A program made the translations under genes and the position numbers. The notes under the pieces are model-generated. The model did no database searches and was not told the DNA's origin. It worked only from the letters and a program-made list of their open reading frames with translations. This document shows, in pieces, positions 11,400-24,357 of a stretch of DNA of 58,124 bases. Every line of letters begins with the position of its first letter. Positions within the stretch are counted from its first letter, which is position 1. The stretch is taken from the NCBI RefSeq assembly GCF_001194135.2, contig NC_068981.1, positions 126,416,514-126,474,637 on the forward strand. The letters are read 5' to 3'. This DNA comes from Octopus bimaculoides (lineage: Eukaryota).

Positions 11400-13145
11400 C
11401 AAAATACACCAAACCAGAACACCGCCGACAAAAATGTAAACGGCAGGGAATAAGAAACAAATCTAAAACCTGGAAACAGCGAAGGGGAAACTAATGATTA
11501 TGATACTCTAAAAATGAGCATAATCAAATATCCAGAAAAAAGTAGAAAATAAGAGAAAGGATCTGTCAATCCTTAATGAAACTAGTAGAGAATTAACACT
11601 ACTAAGCAACAAGAAGAGAAGAAAAATAGTACATAATTACAAAATTACAGAACAAGGTATACCTGAGGTAAAAAAACGGCTAAAGCAAGATATCCTCGCC
11701 AAAGCACGTATGAGAAACACCAACGTTTCTTTGAACAAAACAAACAGTTCAACTCCAACCCCAGAAGATTCTACCAAGACCTTGGCAAAAATAAGATAGA
11801 GATCAATGTAGTACCAACAGCAGAAGTGGAAGAATTTTGGAAAGAAATATGGTCGGTGAAGGAACAACCTAGGAAAGATCTATCAAAACAACAAACACAG
11901 GACCTGAACAACTCTGGCTCCCTATGACAACTGAAGAGGTCACCCAGGCTCTACAAAAACTAAGCAACTGGAAGATACCCGGGCACAACAAGATCCCCGA
12001 CTTCTGGTTAAAATACCTAACAGGAACACATAAAAAGATGGCTGAGAAATTTAATGAAGTACTAGCAGAGCCAGAGACAATACCTGTGTCGCTCACGGAA
12101 GGGAAAACTATCCTAGTTCCCAAATCCACTGAAACGGCAAACCCACAAAATTACAGACCGATAACTTGTCTCCTTACAATTTACAAAGTCTTTACTGCAA
12201 TAATAACGTAGAAACTGAGCCAACATCTGGAAGAAAACAATCTGTTTCCAGAAGAGCAGAAGGGATGCTGCAGGGGCTCATACGGCTGTAAAGATCAGCT
12301 ACTGATCAATAAAGCCATAACTGAAGACAGCCACAGAAAGGTCTAAGTATGGCTTAGATCGATTATCGAAAGGCTTTTGATATTATTCCCCATACATGGA
12401 TCCTAAAACACTAGCCATGAACAAGGTAGCACCAAAAATCATAAAATATACAAAACATTCCATGAATAAATGGCAGACAGCGTCACAGCTCCAGACGAAA
12501 GAGGGACTCATAAAAACCAAAGCCATCCCCATTAGAAGAGGAATATTCCAGGGAGACTCACTCTCTCCACTCATTTTCTGCTTGGCACTGATACCTTTAT
12601 CTGACATGCTAAACAGAACTGGATGTGGATACATGTTTTACGGCAAAAGAATCACCCACCTCTTATATATGGATGATCTAAAACTGTACGGTACAAATGA
12701 TAAACAGCTGAAAACATTACTACAGACAGTACATGGATTTACTAAAGAAATAAGCATGAAATTTGGCTTAGAAAAATGTGCCAAAGTAACCTTGAAAAGA
12801 GGAAAACTAGTTAAAAGTAGCAACATCACACTAGATAAAGCAAATCAAATAAGAAAATTAGACCAAAGCCAGACATACAAATACTTAGGAATCAATGAAC
12901 TAGATACAATACAACACACATACAAATGAAAGAGAAAATAAGAAAAGAATACTATAGACGAGTTAGATTAATACTGAAAACAGAGCTCAATGCAAAAAAA
13001 AAAAACAAGATAATAGATATCAACACTCTTAACCGTCCCAGTTATAAGTTACAACTACAATATTCTTAACTGAGCTCTAAATGAACTAATCAAAATAGAC
13101 AGAACAATTTTTTAAATGACAGGATTTAGGATGCACCACACAAAA
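11400..13145 (+). mobile_element. R4/Dong-clade non-LTR retrotransposon, RT region (defective)
   Basis: [74 protein letters not shown] and YKYLGI, ending at MHHTKS. Confidence 0.93.
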
Positions 13146-13199
13146 TCTGTCTGTCTGTCTATCTTTCTGTCTGTCTCTCTCCCTCTCTCCCCCCCTCTC

Positions 13200-13760
13200 T
13201 CTCTATATATAAATGGAACAAAAATGCAGTAGAGGACAATAAAACATTCGGACAGATAGACGATACAAAGGCAGACAAGAAAAATAACAATTAGAAGGAC
13301 AGGCAAAAAGAAGACGGGTCATTCGTCACCTTCTTTCCTCAGTCAAGTACCAGAAGTCACGACCGTTTCGGGCAGTTACACTTGAGACGGTTCGATCTGG
13401 TTGCCCCACCCCACAAGTCTAAGCTAAGAGAATTAGACGCCTTTGTAAGAAGGATAGCGAATGTGTACGGCAACAAAGACAAAAAAAAACCCGGAAAACA
13501 TGGTGCGCAATTACGAATACAAACAACAATAACAACAGGTGTCTTTCGATTGAGAACGAATCAATTGAGCTGACGTGTATGAAGTGAAAGCCTAAAGGCA
13601 GGAAAATAGGAGATGGACATAAAAGGTGTTGGCGGTTGGTAGTCAGGCCAAGAAAGAAAGATCATGGCTGGCTGGATACCGGTCACGTGGAAGGTGGAGA
13701 GATGGATAGGTGGCAGTGGGATTGAAGGATTAGAAAAAATCAGAGACAAAGAGAAAGGTA
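13200..13760 (-). repeat. Unclassified interspersed repeat, possibly a Penelope-type pLTR remnant with half a hammerhead
   Basis: The reverse strand at about 13366-13390 reads TGCCC-GAAAC-GGTC-GTGAC (3' half of a hammerhead). The CUGANGA half is absent. Confidence 0.3.
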
Positions 13761-14039
13761 CAGAGGAGATAAACGAGTGGGAAATAGTGGGAGTTGAAGA
13801 AAGATAGGGTCAAGAAATGAGAGAGAGAGAGAGGGGGAGAAGAAGAAAATGGAAGAAAGTAAGAGGGGGACTAAAAGCTAGAGTAAGAGTCGTACACAAT
13901 TTAGACACATACCTACTATAAGGTGAGCACAAGTGTGTACGTACACCACTATATGTATATATAGATATAAAAATGTAACAAAAACACAATACAGAACAAT
14001 AAAACATACGGGAACACACACACACATATATAACCTAAC

Positions 14040-14280
14040 TTTTTTATCTTTTGCTTAAGTCATCGGGCTGCGGCCGTGTTAGGCCATTCCCTTAAAGGGT
14101 GTTAGTCGAAGGAATCAACTCCAGTACTTATTTCAAAACTTGGGGCATATTCAATCGATCTGTCTTGCAGAACCGCTAGATTACAATGACGTGTATAAAC
14201 CAACAACCGTTGTCAAGCGGTGGGTGGGACAAACAGAAACACAAGCATACATACATACATACATACATACATACATACGT

Positions 14281-14312
<32 letters not shown>

Positions 14313-14525
14313 TTATACATACATACATACATACATACATACATACATACATACATCATGTATACATTCACATGCTCACACACACACACGTACACACACA
14401 CGCGCGCGTGTACTACGATTTCATTTCAGTTTCTGTCAACTAGTTTTTGTACCCTGTCCAAGGGACCACACCTTGGGTCTGAATCTGGAACCACATATTT
14501 GCAAAACTAGCTTCTTAACCAAACA
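14040..14525 (-). mobile_element. Diverged CORE-type SINE (family B) with expanded (ATAC)n/(CA)n
   Basis: GCTGCGGCCGTGTTAGG, GAACCGCTAG..TTAC, GTTGTCAAGCGG and GGAACCACAT match the 6577-6965 copy. Confidence 0.8.
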
Positions 14526-14979
14526 TTAAGCAGTGTATATTTCGATGCAATAGTATATTTCAGCGTAAACTAAATTTTAAGGCCTGCTGGTTAGTAATTT
14601 TAAAACTACTTTTCTCTTCTTGTCTGTATGACTTTGTGTCTCTACGCAACGTGTCGTTGTACTTGTAAGTTGAACCGAAGTAAATACACCAAATAATTGT
14701 AAACAATTGGATGTTCTTACACATTCTTACTATTTCCCTATGTATGATTTTTCTTTTTCAAGTTTTTCAGAGTGTTCAAACCGGATGCTGACAAAGCAAT
14801 ACATTTTAAGTTAAGAGAGTTCCTGGTGTTTGTGAATTATGTATGTATGTATGTATGTATGTATGTATGTATGTATGTATGTATGTATGTATGCATGTAT
14901 GTTTGTATGTGTGTATGTACATATGTATGTATATATTTATGCATGCCTGCATATATATANNNNNNNNNNNNNNNNNNNN

Positions 14980-15026
<47 letters not shown>

Positions 15027-15029
<3 letters not shown>

Positions 15030-16288
15030 GGTGTCCCAAAAAAATGTATGCACAGTTTAGATAATTGTAAAGTAGGTGTTTATTAAAATACATTTCGTTT
15101 TCAAAATTTAATAGAATCTACAGGCATTGTAGATTCTGTTTTCAACTGTTTTCAAACTGATGTCCGTTATGGTCCAGGCACTGCTGACAACGCGAAGCAA
15201 TGGAATCGCAAACATCACGAAACAATTTGTTTAGTATTTGTGTTTATTCTCGTTCAATGGCTACCCTCAAATCAGCGACTGTTGCGGGTTTCATAGCGTA
15301 GATTTTGTCTTTTAGGTATCCCCATAAAAAAGTCTAGTGGTGTGAAGTCTGGTGAACGTGGAGGGTACTCAACGAAACACCTTCGTCCAATCCACCTGTT
15401 TAACAAGATCTCATCAAGTAAGGATCTAATATCGCTATGGTAGTGTGGAGGTACCTCATCCTGCTGAAAAAACCTCATCTTCAAAAATCTTCCATTATGC
15501 TTAGCATGACACTGTTGCAGCAAGTTTAACTAAATGGGACCAGTCACAGTAGCGTCAAAAAAGAATGGTCCAATTAATCCTCTTGATGATAAGCCACACC
15601 ACACTGTAACTCCTGGTAAATTAACATGGAGTTCCACCATAACATGCGGATTCTCGGGTCCCCAGTAGGTGCAATTTTGGCGGTTAATTGAACCATTTAA
15701 TTTGAATGTCGCCTCAGCACTTCACACAATCTTTGTTGGAAAGTGTGCACCTTCTACACATCATGATAAATACCACTCGCAATACTGCACTCTTCTGTCT
15801 GGATCATCATCATGAGTAGCGTAGACTAATCTTGTAACGTAACTTTTCGATAGACAACGCTTCAAAATGCGTTGGGTAGACGATTTTGACATACCTACCT
15901 CACGACTCGCTTGCCACATAGATTTTCTTGGACATTAGTGAAAAGTTTCCAGCACTCCTTCTTGGTTTGTTGGGGGTTGTCGATGTTCGTGGTCTTCCGA
16001 AACGCTTCTCGTGAACATTCTGAACAGTTCATCGGGTTCAAACTTATCTCTAATTTGGGTGATGGTAAGTCACATTGGTGGATCTGTTTGAAACTCCTCC
16101 CTGAACTGTATTTGTACTTCAACTGCGTTTTCACACATTCAGTAGCATTTTAGAATGAATTGCCTTTGTTGAAAGCTTAGTCTATCATCCATCATTCATT
16201 CCACTGGGTTTCATCCGGAAAGAAAAAAAATAAGTTCAATTAAGTTATCAGCTGCTAAAATGTTTATATATCTTTTTGGGACACCCTG
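15027..16288 (-). mobile_element. Tc1/mariner superfamily DD41D (rosa/visitor) transposon with both TIRs; transposase decayed
   Basis: TA|CAGGGTGTCCCAAAAA...TTTTTGGGACACCCTG|TA. Translation QQD-EVPPHYH...RWIGRR...YPPRSPDFTPL-D has 41 residues between the 2nd and 3rd catalytic Asp. Confidence 0.92.
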
Positions 16289-16307
16289 TATATATATATA
16301 TATATAT

Positions 16308-17280
16308 NNNNNNNNNNNNNNNNNNNNNNNNNNNNNNNNNNNNNNNNNNNNNNNNNNNNNNNNNNNNNNNNNNNNNNNNNNNNNNNNNNNNNNNNNNNNN
16401 NNNNNNNNNNNNNNNNNNNNNNNNNNNNNNNNNNNNNNNNNNNNNNNNNNNNNNNNNNNNNNNNNNNNNNNNNNNNNNNNNNNNNNNNNNNNNNNNNNNN
16501 NNNNNNNNNNNNNNNNNNNNNNNNNNNNNNNNNNNNNNNNNNNNNNNNNNNNNNNNNNNNNNNNNNNNNNNNNNNNNNNNNNNNNNNNNNNNNNNNNNNN
16601 NNNNNNNNNNNNNNNNNNNNNNNNNNNNNNNNNNNNNNNNNNNNNNNNNNNNNNNNNNNNNNNNNNNNNNNNNNNNNNNNNNNNNNNNNNNNNNNNNNNN
16701 NNNNNNNNNNNNNNNNNNNNNNNNNNNNNNNNNNNNNNNNNNNNNNNNNNNNNNNNNNNNNNNNNNNNNNNNNNNNNNNNNNNNNNNNNNNNNNNNNNNN
16801 NNNNNNNNNNNNNNNNNNNNNNNNNNNNNNNNNNNNNNNNNNNNNNNNNNNNNNNNNNNNNNNNNNNNNNNNNNNNNNNNNNNNNNNNNNNNNNNNNNNN
16901 NNNNNNNNNNNNNNNNNNNNNNNNNNNNNNNNNNNNNNNNNNNNNNNNNNNNNNNNNNNNNNNNNNNNNNNNNNNNNNNNNNNNNNNNNNNNNNNNNNNN
17001 NNNNNNNNNNNNNNNNNNNNNNNNNNNNNNNNNNNNNNNNNNNNNNNNNNNNNNNNNNNNNNNNNNNNNNNNNNNNNNNNNNNNNNNNNNNNNNNNNNNN
17101 NNNNNNNNNNNNNNNNNNNNNNNNNNNNNNNNNNNNNNNNNNNNNNNNNNNNNNNNNNNNNNNNNNNNNNNNNNNNNNNNNNNNNNNNNNNNNNNNNNNN
17201 NNNNNNNNNNNNNNNNNNNNNNNNNNNNNNNNNNNNNNNNNNNNNNNNNNNNNNNNNNNNNNNNNNNNNNNNNNNNNNNN
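16308..17280. other. Assembly gap (largest of about 12; others include 27317-27928, 30119-30978, 31535-32413, 38415-38647, 41935-42572, 57284-57606)
   Basis: Runs of N, mostly bounded by microsatellites. Confidence 0.99.
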
Positions 17281-17688
17281 GGAGAAAAAAATGCTTTCTA
17301 ATTGATGTATCAATACCAGCAGATGACAACGTTTCTCTAAAAGAAATGGAAAAACTTTCAAAATACAAAGACCTGGAAATAGAGGTAACTCGAATGTGGA
17401 ATCTAAAAACAGAAACAATTCCTATCATAGTAGGTGCCTTAGGTATAATAAAAAAATATTCAGACAAATACATAACAAAAACACCAGGACTTACAAATAT
17501 ATATAACATACAGAAAATTGCACTACTGGGTACTGCACACATTCTACGCAAAACACTTTCAATACAGTAAACATAAGAGCACCACAGCAAACCACAGCGC
17601 ATACCCAAGGCGCACAGAGCTGCGCTCGGTAGTGAAGTGAAAGCACGTTATAAAAATAAAACTACTGAACAATAATAATAATAATAAT
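17281..17688 (+). mobile_element. R4/Dong 3' end: restriction-like endonuclease, 3' UTR and (TAA)n tail
   Basis: CFLIDVSIP.D.NVSLKEMEKLSKYKDLEIE...VGALG...QKIALLGTAHILRK*, then a UTR and AATAATAAT... at 17671-17688. Confidence 0.92.
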
Positions 17689-17689
17689 T

Positions 17690-18130
17690 TAAGGTGGAGT
17701 ACTTGCGCAGACTGAGACTGAACCTTAAGTGGAAATTAAACGGACGGAATAAGATTGAAGCTATCAACACCTAGGCGGTTTCACTCCTTAGATATGGAGC
17801 ATGGGTAATTGCATGGACAATAGACGAACTAAACAGCTTAGACAGAAAGACAAGGAAGTTGCTAACTAGATATGGGACACTCCACCCAAAAAGTGACACA
17901 AACAGACTGTATGTACCAATAAAAAGAGGGGGAAGAGGACTTATTGGATGCGAACACAGTATTAGAGCAGAAAAAAAAAACAACGTAGCATGGTATGTAA
18001 AAAATGCCACAGAACCGCTACTATTAGAGGTAAGAAGGTCAGGCTTGTGCAGGATGAAAGATTGCAAAGATAAAGCACTGTACAGGCAATTGAAAACGAA
18101 TGAAACTGAAAATAGGTGGGTAAAGAAAAG
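17690..18130 (+). mobile_element. Second R4/Dong fragment (post-RT region)
   Basis: NKIEAINT*AVSLLRYG...DRKTRKLLTRYGTLHPKSDTNRLYVPIKRGGRGLIG. Confidence 0.88.
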
Positions 18131-18189
18131 TACTTAGATCGGTGAACTCTTGGGAAACCTAGGTGCCGTAAACGTCTTTCCATCCTTCT

Positions 18190-18243
18190 ACAGGCGGTGC
18201 TCCAGCATGGCCGCAGTCAAATGACTGAAACAAGTAAAAGAGT
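18190..18243 (+). mobile_element. 3' tail of a family-B SINE; another tail lies at about 48145-48200
   Basis: AGGCGGTGCTCCAGCATGGCCGCAGTCAAATGACTGAAACAAGTAAAAGAG. Confidence 0.85.
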
Positions 18244-18259
18244 TATTATTATTATTATT

Positions 18260-18370
18260 ATTATTATTTAACCAGTTTGATTCTGCTTCATGCAACGAGC
18301 TTGGTTTCCGAGAAGAGCCTACGAAACTAAGTTGCATGAGGCCCGAATCAAACTGTTTTAAATAATAATA
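18260..18370. repeat. Small fold-back (MITE-like) element in (TAA)n context
   Basis: TATTATTATTTAACCAGTTTGATTCTGCTTCATGCAAC..TTGGTTTC is the inverted complement of GAAACTAAGTTGCATGAGGCCCGAATCAAACTGTTTTAAATAATAATA. Confidence 0.7.
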
Positions 18371-19179
18371 TAACTCATACTAAATGTGTTCTTTCTTTCG
18401 TCTGTTTACTCACTCGTGTATATATATATATATTTATGTAAAAGCAAAATAATTAGTTGTAAAATCTCAAGAAGAGATCAGTGTAGTAACTATACTAACA
18501 GGTAAAGCCAATCGCCGCATCAAAGTGGCCACACACACACACACACACATATATAAATCTAAATATGTATGCATGTATGAATCTGTATATATATGAACAC
18601 ACATACACACACGGATAAATATAAACTTATATGTATATGTAAGTATATATATATGACTCGTACGACTCATTAATAGCATGAATGGAGTTTAAACCTTTTA
18701 TTTCAGTTTTGAACAATATAATCGCTTATTCTCATATTTCGAAATATCTACAGATAATATCAGTAAATATTTTCATATAATCATTAAATCAAGGATATGT
18801 GTTGCCCTGAGAAAATTGTTGCAGCTTCTTATCAGGACCCAAATACATATGGGAACTGATTCGATACTTCAGGGGTAACTTTCATGTTGCTTTGACTGTG
18901 GCATTGGATGAACAAAGGACTTACTTAAATATTTCAGTTAGCGGATGAGATAATTTGTTGTGTTTTGTTGGGTGTTAGGCAAACAATTCTTTTGAGTTAA
19001 CTCTAGCATGTGAAGGTTCCCACACTGACTCACTGAAAGGTATTAAGATATTCAAAAATGAATTGATACATATTTGGATAAATGAATACAGTATTTGGGT
19101 CGCTTTTCATCTTTTCGAGCAACTATAAGTTAAGCTATTGTAACTTCATGAGTTACAATAGCTTAACTTATCTTTTCTT

Positions 19180-19345
19180 CAACTTGTTTTAGTCATTAGA
19201 CAGCGGCCATGCTGCAGCATAACCTTCAAGGGTTTAGTCGAAAAAAATTGACCTCAGTATTCCAGTACTTTTTTTTCTAAAGTTATTGCAAAGTTCTGGG
19301 AACGTAAACAATGCAACGCAGGTTGTCAAGCGGTGGTGGTGTCAA
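19180..19345 (-). mobile_element. Partial family-B SINE
   Basis: GTCATTAGACAGCGGCCATGCTGCAGCA...TTTAGTCGA...GGTTGTCAAGCGG. Confidence 0.75.
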
Positions 19346-19362
19346 ACACAAACATAAAGACG

Positions 19363-19408
<46 letters not shown>

Positions 19409-20921
19409 ATGTTTATCCTGAATTTAGAGTTTTGTGTGAGGTCTGGAAATGTCCTAAGAATTGTCATGTCCCTTTTTATAATAATTATAAAAGGAGAAAA
19501 AAACTATTCAAAGTTATGATAGAACGGAGTTGCTTTCCTCTTTAGAAATGTGGCCTTGATCAAGATAAACTTTGAAAAATAGTGCCTTGCTAATTACATT
19601 TCCCGGTGAGAATAAAGAAAATTTTACATGGTATGATGCTCATGTTTCAGAAGTTAGGAAATACTATTGATATAATTAACAGTCTGTTTTGTGCTCCACC
19701 GCATTTATTTATAGAACATGTTAAGGCTTAAGGAAGACTAAGAATCAAACAAAAATTTGTCTATTTTCCATTACGGTTCTTAAATAATCTAAGAAGTTTT
19801 TTTATTCAGTTTGTTTTACTAAAAGAACTGCCTCTACTCTTTTCTAGTGCTCTATATGTATGAGTGAAGTGGGATGAGAAAGTCACATAAGTGTCTCGTC
19901 TCCATGTTCAAACATATTCTCATCACGACGCAACATATAAATACATTAATCCTTTGTAAATCCATTTGTGCATTTATACATTATTTATACTTTATATATA
20001 CCTACACAGACACAGAAATGCATACTAATAATACATACCTATAAAACGAAGTCACTATTTTTTTTCTCTCTCATTAGAATCTGTTAATGCCATCAGTTCT
20101 AATCGCTAATTGTTGTTGGCGACTCAGCAAAACACACCAACTGACAGAAGGCACTTACGAATTACACATGCTTATTTCAAGATGAAATATATCTCAGTTC
20201 GCTGCTACATACTTTGTCTCACTACTCGCCTTCTACATTATAATATTTATATTTAGGTCGTAAGCTATTTGAAGACTTTTAACAGTAAGTTTAGTTTACT
20301 ATTATTTATCTCCCATCAGAGTCATTGTTTATCAGCTGTTGAGAATCAAGCAATCTTACTTATGGCGCTGAAGCTTGCCATCTGTTTATAACCAGTCTAG
20401 CTGAGCTGGGTTACTATTCTCTATTGTGGAATAACATTTTAAAGTAATAAAAGCAAACTGCTTATGGGCGAATTGTTAAAAGAAATTTTCGCAGGGATTT
20501 CACTAGAAGAATATTTTTCGAATTCTTAATGGAAAAGGGACAGATGAATTGTTTACTTTATATTTCTCCATACACAAGCCCAAAAAGTCTAAGGAACTCT
20601 AAAAAGAGTTCTGTAACGCATGCCAGTCATATTTCAAATTATTGAAGCTTCATGTACTTGGTATGACAGTTTTAATTTCAATATAGACAGCTTTTACATT
20701 TAGTGATACAAAACGGTTACATCTTTGAATTGTTCATAACCAAGAATTCAGCCATTAGATTAGACCTTTCAGTTAACCTCATGATCTTTATTATAAGCTT
20801 TATATATAAAAATTTTCAAAGCAAAATGTTACTGGTGTGATAAGACCAGATATTAAATGAAAAAGAAAAATAATTCTAAGAGGCAATTTCCTAAAGATGT
20901 GTTTGAAAATGTGTAACAATC

Positions 20922-21010
20922 TGGCTGTGGTTAAGATGTTCGCCTTGCAGCTACGTGGATTTGGGCTCATTCCTCAGCACAAAGCTTTGGGCAAGTGTCT
21001 TCTACCATAG
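20922..21010 (+). mobile_element. Family-B SINE head and core, truncated
   Basis: GGCTGTGGTTAAGATG...CTTTGGGCAAGTGTCTTCTACCATAG. Confidence 0.65.
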
Positions 21011-21479
21011 ACCCTCTATCTCCAGCCCTAGATTTAGGTTCTCAAATTCACAAGCAGAATATTTCAATAATTTGATTTTAATATGATTAACTATAGATTG
21101 AATTGTTGATGGTGGGATCCGTACCGAGGTGGGTAGATGTTCTTTGGGTTATGTACAATAGAGAGATTGGAGATTATATTAGCCAACAACAGATACCGTC
21201 TTAATAAACACAATGAGTTATGGGATTGCTACACATACTAGAAAAATAGAACATTCCGAAATTACCGGATCGGAAACCACCCGAACTACAATGAAATCTG
21301 CTAGTCCACTGCTGAGATTCAAACTAACACGGTGGCCAGAGCCACACTATTCTCATGGGATTATTACACTTTGAATTGTTAAGTACCACCCTCTCACCCA
21401 AGCACCATTGTATCCAACCTCTCAGTTTTTTTCTTTTTTATTTTCTTTACAAACAAAGTTTCAAATAAACAGTTGTGTG

Positions 21480-23195
21480 AAAGAAAAAGAATGAAAACGT
21501 TAAGAATAAGATCAAGTTCTGATGAAATGATTTAGGGTATATTTAAGTCTAGATGTTGAGTTGTCTGGAGATTTAGTGAAGGAGCAAGCCCAAATCATTC
21601 ATAAAAGGTTTACTTTAGATTATGAGTATGACTAAAGTAATGGTTGACTGCAGCATTTCAAAGATCGATATGGTTTAATATTTCGTGCGTTCAGTTTATT
21701 GTGAATAACGCTCAGCGGACAAAGAAATAGTTGCCAAATTTGTTGACATGATCGCCATGTGAGTTCAGTTTAAAAGTCCTGAGCAAGTCTACAATGCAAA
21801 TGATACAACATTGTTTTGGAATTGTGCGCAACGAAAACACTGATAATTGAGGGTACAACAAGATAAACAGCACCAAAAGGTCGTGCCACTGTGCTGGTCT
21901 GGCCTAATACCATAGCAACTCACAGGTGCAAGTAACTGGTCCCTGGTATAAAACATCTACGTGCTAGAGTTTTTAGAGGTATGATAGACTGGTCTGTGAT
22001 TTATCATGCCAAGAGAAAACATTGGATAACAACTGTAATTTTATTGGTCGATTTGAAAATTATTTTGTTCTCCAAACAAAAGTTCACAGTGACTCAGCTG
22101 GTCTGGAACACAACTGTGGGATAATGATTATTTTAGACAACAGTTCTACATATTTATAGCAGAACACCAAGTAAAAACATTGTTCTTGACATTTACTGCT
22201 CACTTAATTGCACATCATTAATCCCATTCCACGACAATGGCATACTACATTCTTTTAAGTCTAAATATCGCAGACATTTTATGAGGTGTCTACTGAACGT
22301 AATTAACTCTAGCAGACCAGTATGGATGTTTGTCTTTAGAAGTATCCACACCGAAAAAGGAATAGCATAATTTGTGGCTAGGATTACTATTTGAGTTTGT
22401 ACTTCATTAAACATTGGAGATGATTTTATAGGATATAGGGCCTCGAAGGAAATTCAGTATATAACATAATCTGCTTTTTTATGCCCATTATTTAACTAAT
22501 ACTGTTGCAAAGGATCTTGCATTGAGTATGAATGAAGATAACGTTGGCTAATTGATAAATATAGATGAAGATGCAGCTATTGTTCATCACTGTACTGACT
22601 TAGAAAATTTTCAGATAATTGTAAGCCTACAGTAACAAAGGAAAATGTAGCAGAAAAAGCCTCTAATGATAGATTACTTTGGTTGATAGGTGAACTGTTA
22701 AAAGGCCTAGAGCAGTATTTCTCAGCTATATTTTGTGTATGAACCCCTTTGATTACTATTTTATTCTGGTGGGCCCCCATAGTCTTTCGATGTTTAAAAC
22801 TAGTTTTATACATACTTCTTTCAACATTCCCTTTTTGTTTTTCATACATTCTCTTGTGTAGTTTGAATTACGTAAAACGTTAGAGAAGGAAACCTAGTTG
22901 TTTCTTGCAATAAATACAGTTAAAGCAAAATTTTTTCATGGATCTTCAAAATTCTTTCACAGATCCCCAGTTTACTATTTTACTGGCATGCCCCCCCCCC
23001 CCAAAAAAAAAACAACAACAACCTATATGGACCACAAGGGGTCATATGGATCCCGGTTGAGGACAACTGGTCTAGAGCAACAAAATTCTGTAAGCGAAAA
23101 AGAAATAATGGACGTTTATATGCTAAAGGATACACTAATCACAGAAAGACTAAAGTATATGCAACACGTCGATTTGCAAGATGTTAAAAAATAGA
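21480..23195 (+). mobile_element. pogo/Tigger-family transposase remnant, interrupted by a hAT MITE
   Basis: CENP-B-type HTH (VELSGDLVKEQAQ...SNG*LQHFKDRYGL), DDE_1 motifs (PEQVYNAND.TLFW, IILDN, CTSLI) and C-terminus LLKGLE|QQNSVSEKEIMDVY. Confidence 0.8.
22713..23069. mobile_element. hAT Charlie-type MITE (357 bp)
   Basis: Termini CAGTATTTCTCAGC ... GGTTGAGGACAACTG. The 8-bp TSD is GCCTAGAG (22705-12) / GTCTAGAG (23070-77). Confidence 0.8.
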
Positions 23196-23899
23196 TAGAA
23201 GTATGGAATAGAGTAGTCATCACTATAACTTGGAAATTCACTGGCTTCTATATCTGTTCATTTAAGTATGCTGCCAATGTCATCATCAGTTTCTGATACC
23301 TTAGGCACGTTCTAAATAAAAAGTATAAGAATCCTTACAGTTCTTCATCTCATGACAAAAAAAAAAACAAAAAAAAACAATCCGGTAAAACCTTCACTTC
23401 CAAGACATTTAAAGTTGAACATTCCAGCTCGTCATTAGAGTCGTGAACTTTTTAATGCAAATCATCAACAATTCATTTAATTTTCATTCAGGGATAACTG
23501 AGCGGCACTATGTGCTGCTGTTTGTATTCATCTAACTGTCTGCTGTGGTTGGATACAGCACGTTTTAAATTACAATTCTATCATGTTTTGATAAGTAAGA
23601 ATCCTATGTAGGTTTACTCCGGGCAAATGTTCAAATATAAGAGTACGGACTAGCTGACCCAAATTTACTTATAACTCACTTAACATGTTCAACAATATAA
23701 GTGGAGAAAGGATGATATAACTTTGATAAGAATAGGATGGTGTTGATTTCGTCCCTCCCTATAGCATTCTGATCGATCAAATATGGGTCTGATTAAATAT
23801 GTACTACTGATGCATTCCAACATTTTGAGGTATGATATACTATATGAAACGTACATAAGCTGATTAAAGCATGAATACATCTATATTCTTTTGTGTTTT

Positions 23900-23945
<46 letters not shown>

Positions 23946-24303
23946 GCAGATGCAGTATTAGATTGAAATAGCCATCTGCGTTTCATACTTAATGTAAATA
24001 AATCATGAAAGGCAATTTTTCAGTAGTATTCGTCCTCAGATAATATCTCTTCTGGATGTATTCTGTTTAAAAACCCAATATATATTGGAGGCAGAAAAAA
24101 TCGTTCAGCTGCTAGAAAGCTAGATGCATTTCTGCTTCTCTGGGCGTTGTCGATTCCGTGATTTATAGGCAGCCATATGCTTAAGCGAAATTTGTCGATA
24201 CCGATATAGGAAAACAGTGTATAAACAATCATTGGTGTTGCGAAAAGTCGCTCGGCTGAATAATAATCTATTAGCGATTAGAAGTCAAACAAAGTGAGAA
24301 GAT

Positions 24304-24306
<3 letters not shown>

Positions 24307-24354
<48 letters not shown>
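24307..24354. repeat. (GA)n microsatellite; another at about 44299-44378
   Basis: Direct reading. Confidence 0.98.

Positions 24355-24357
<3 letters not shown>

Noticed and set aside
16211-17608. Long ORFs of 200-465 aa in the track (also 27227-27986, 29919-32556, 41876-42721, 57004-57723)
   Set aside because: They are open only because they cross N-gaps and stop-free microsatellites. The only real parts are the R4 endonuclease end and the Penelope endonuclease end.
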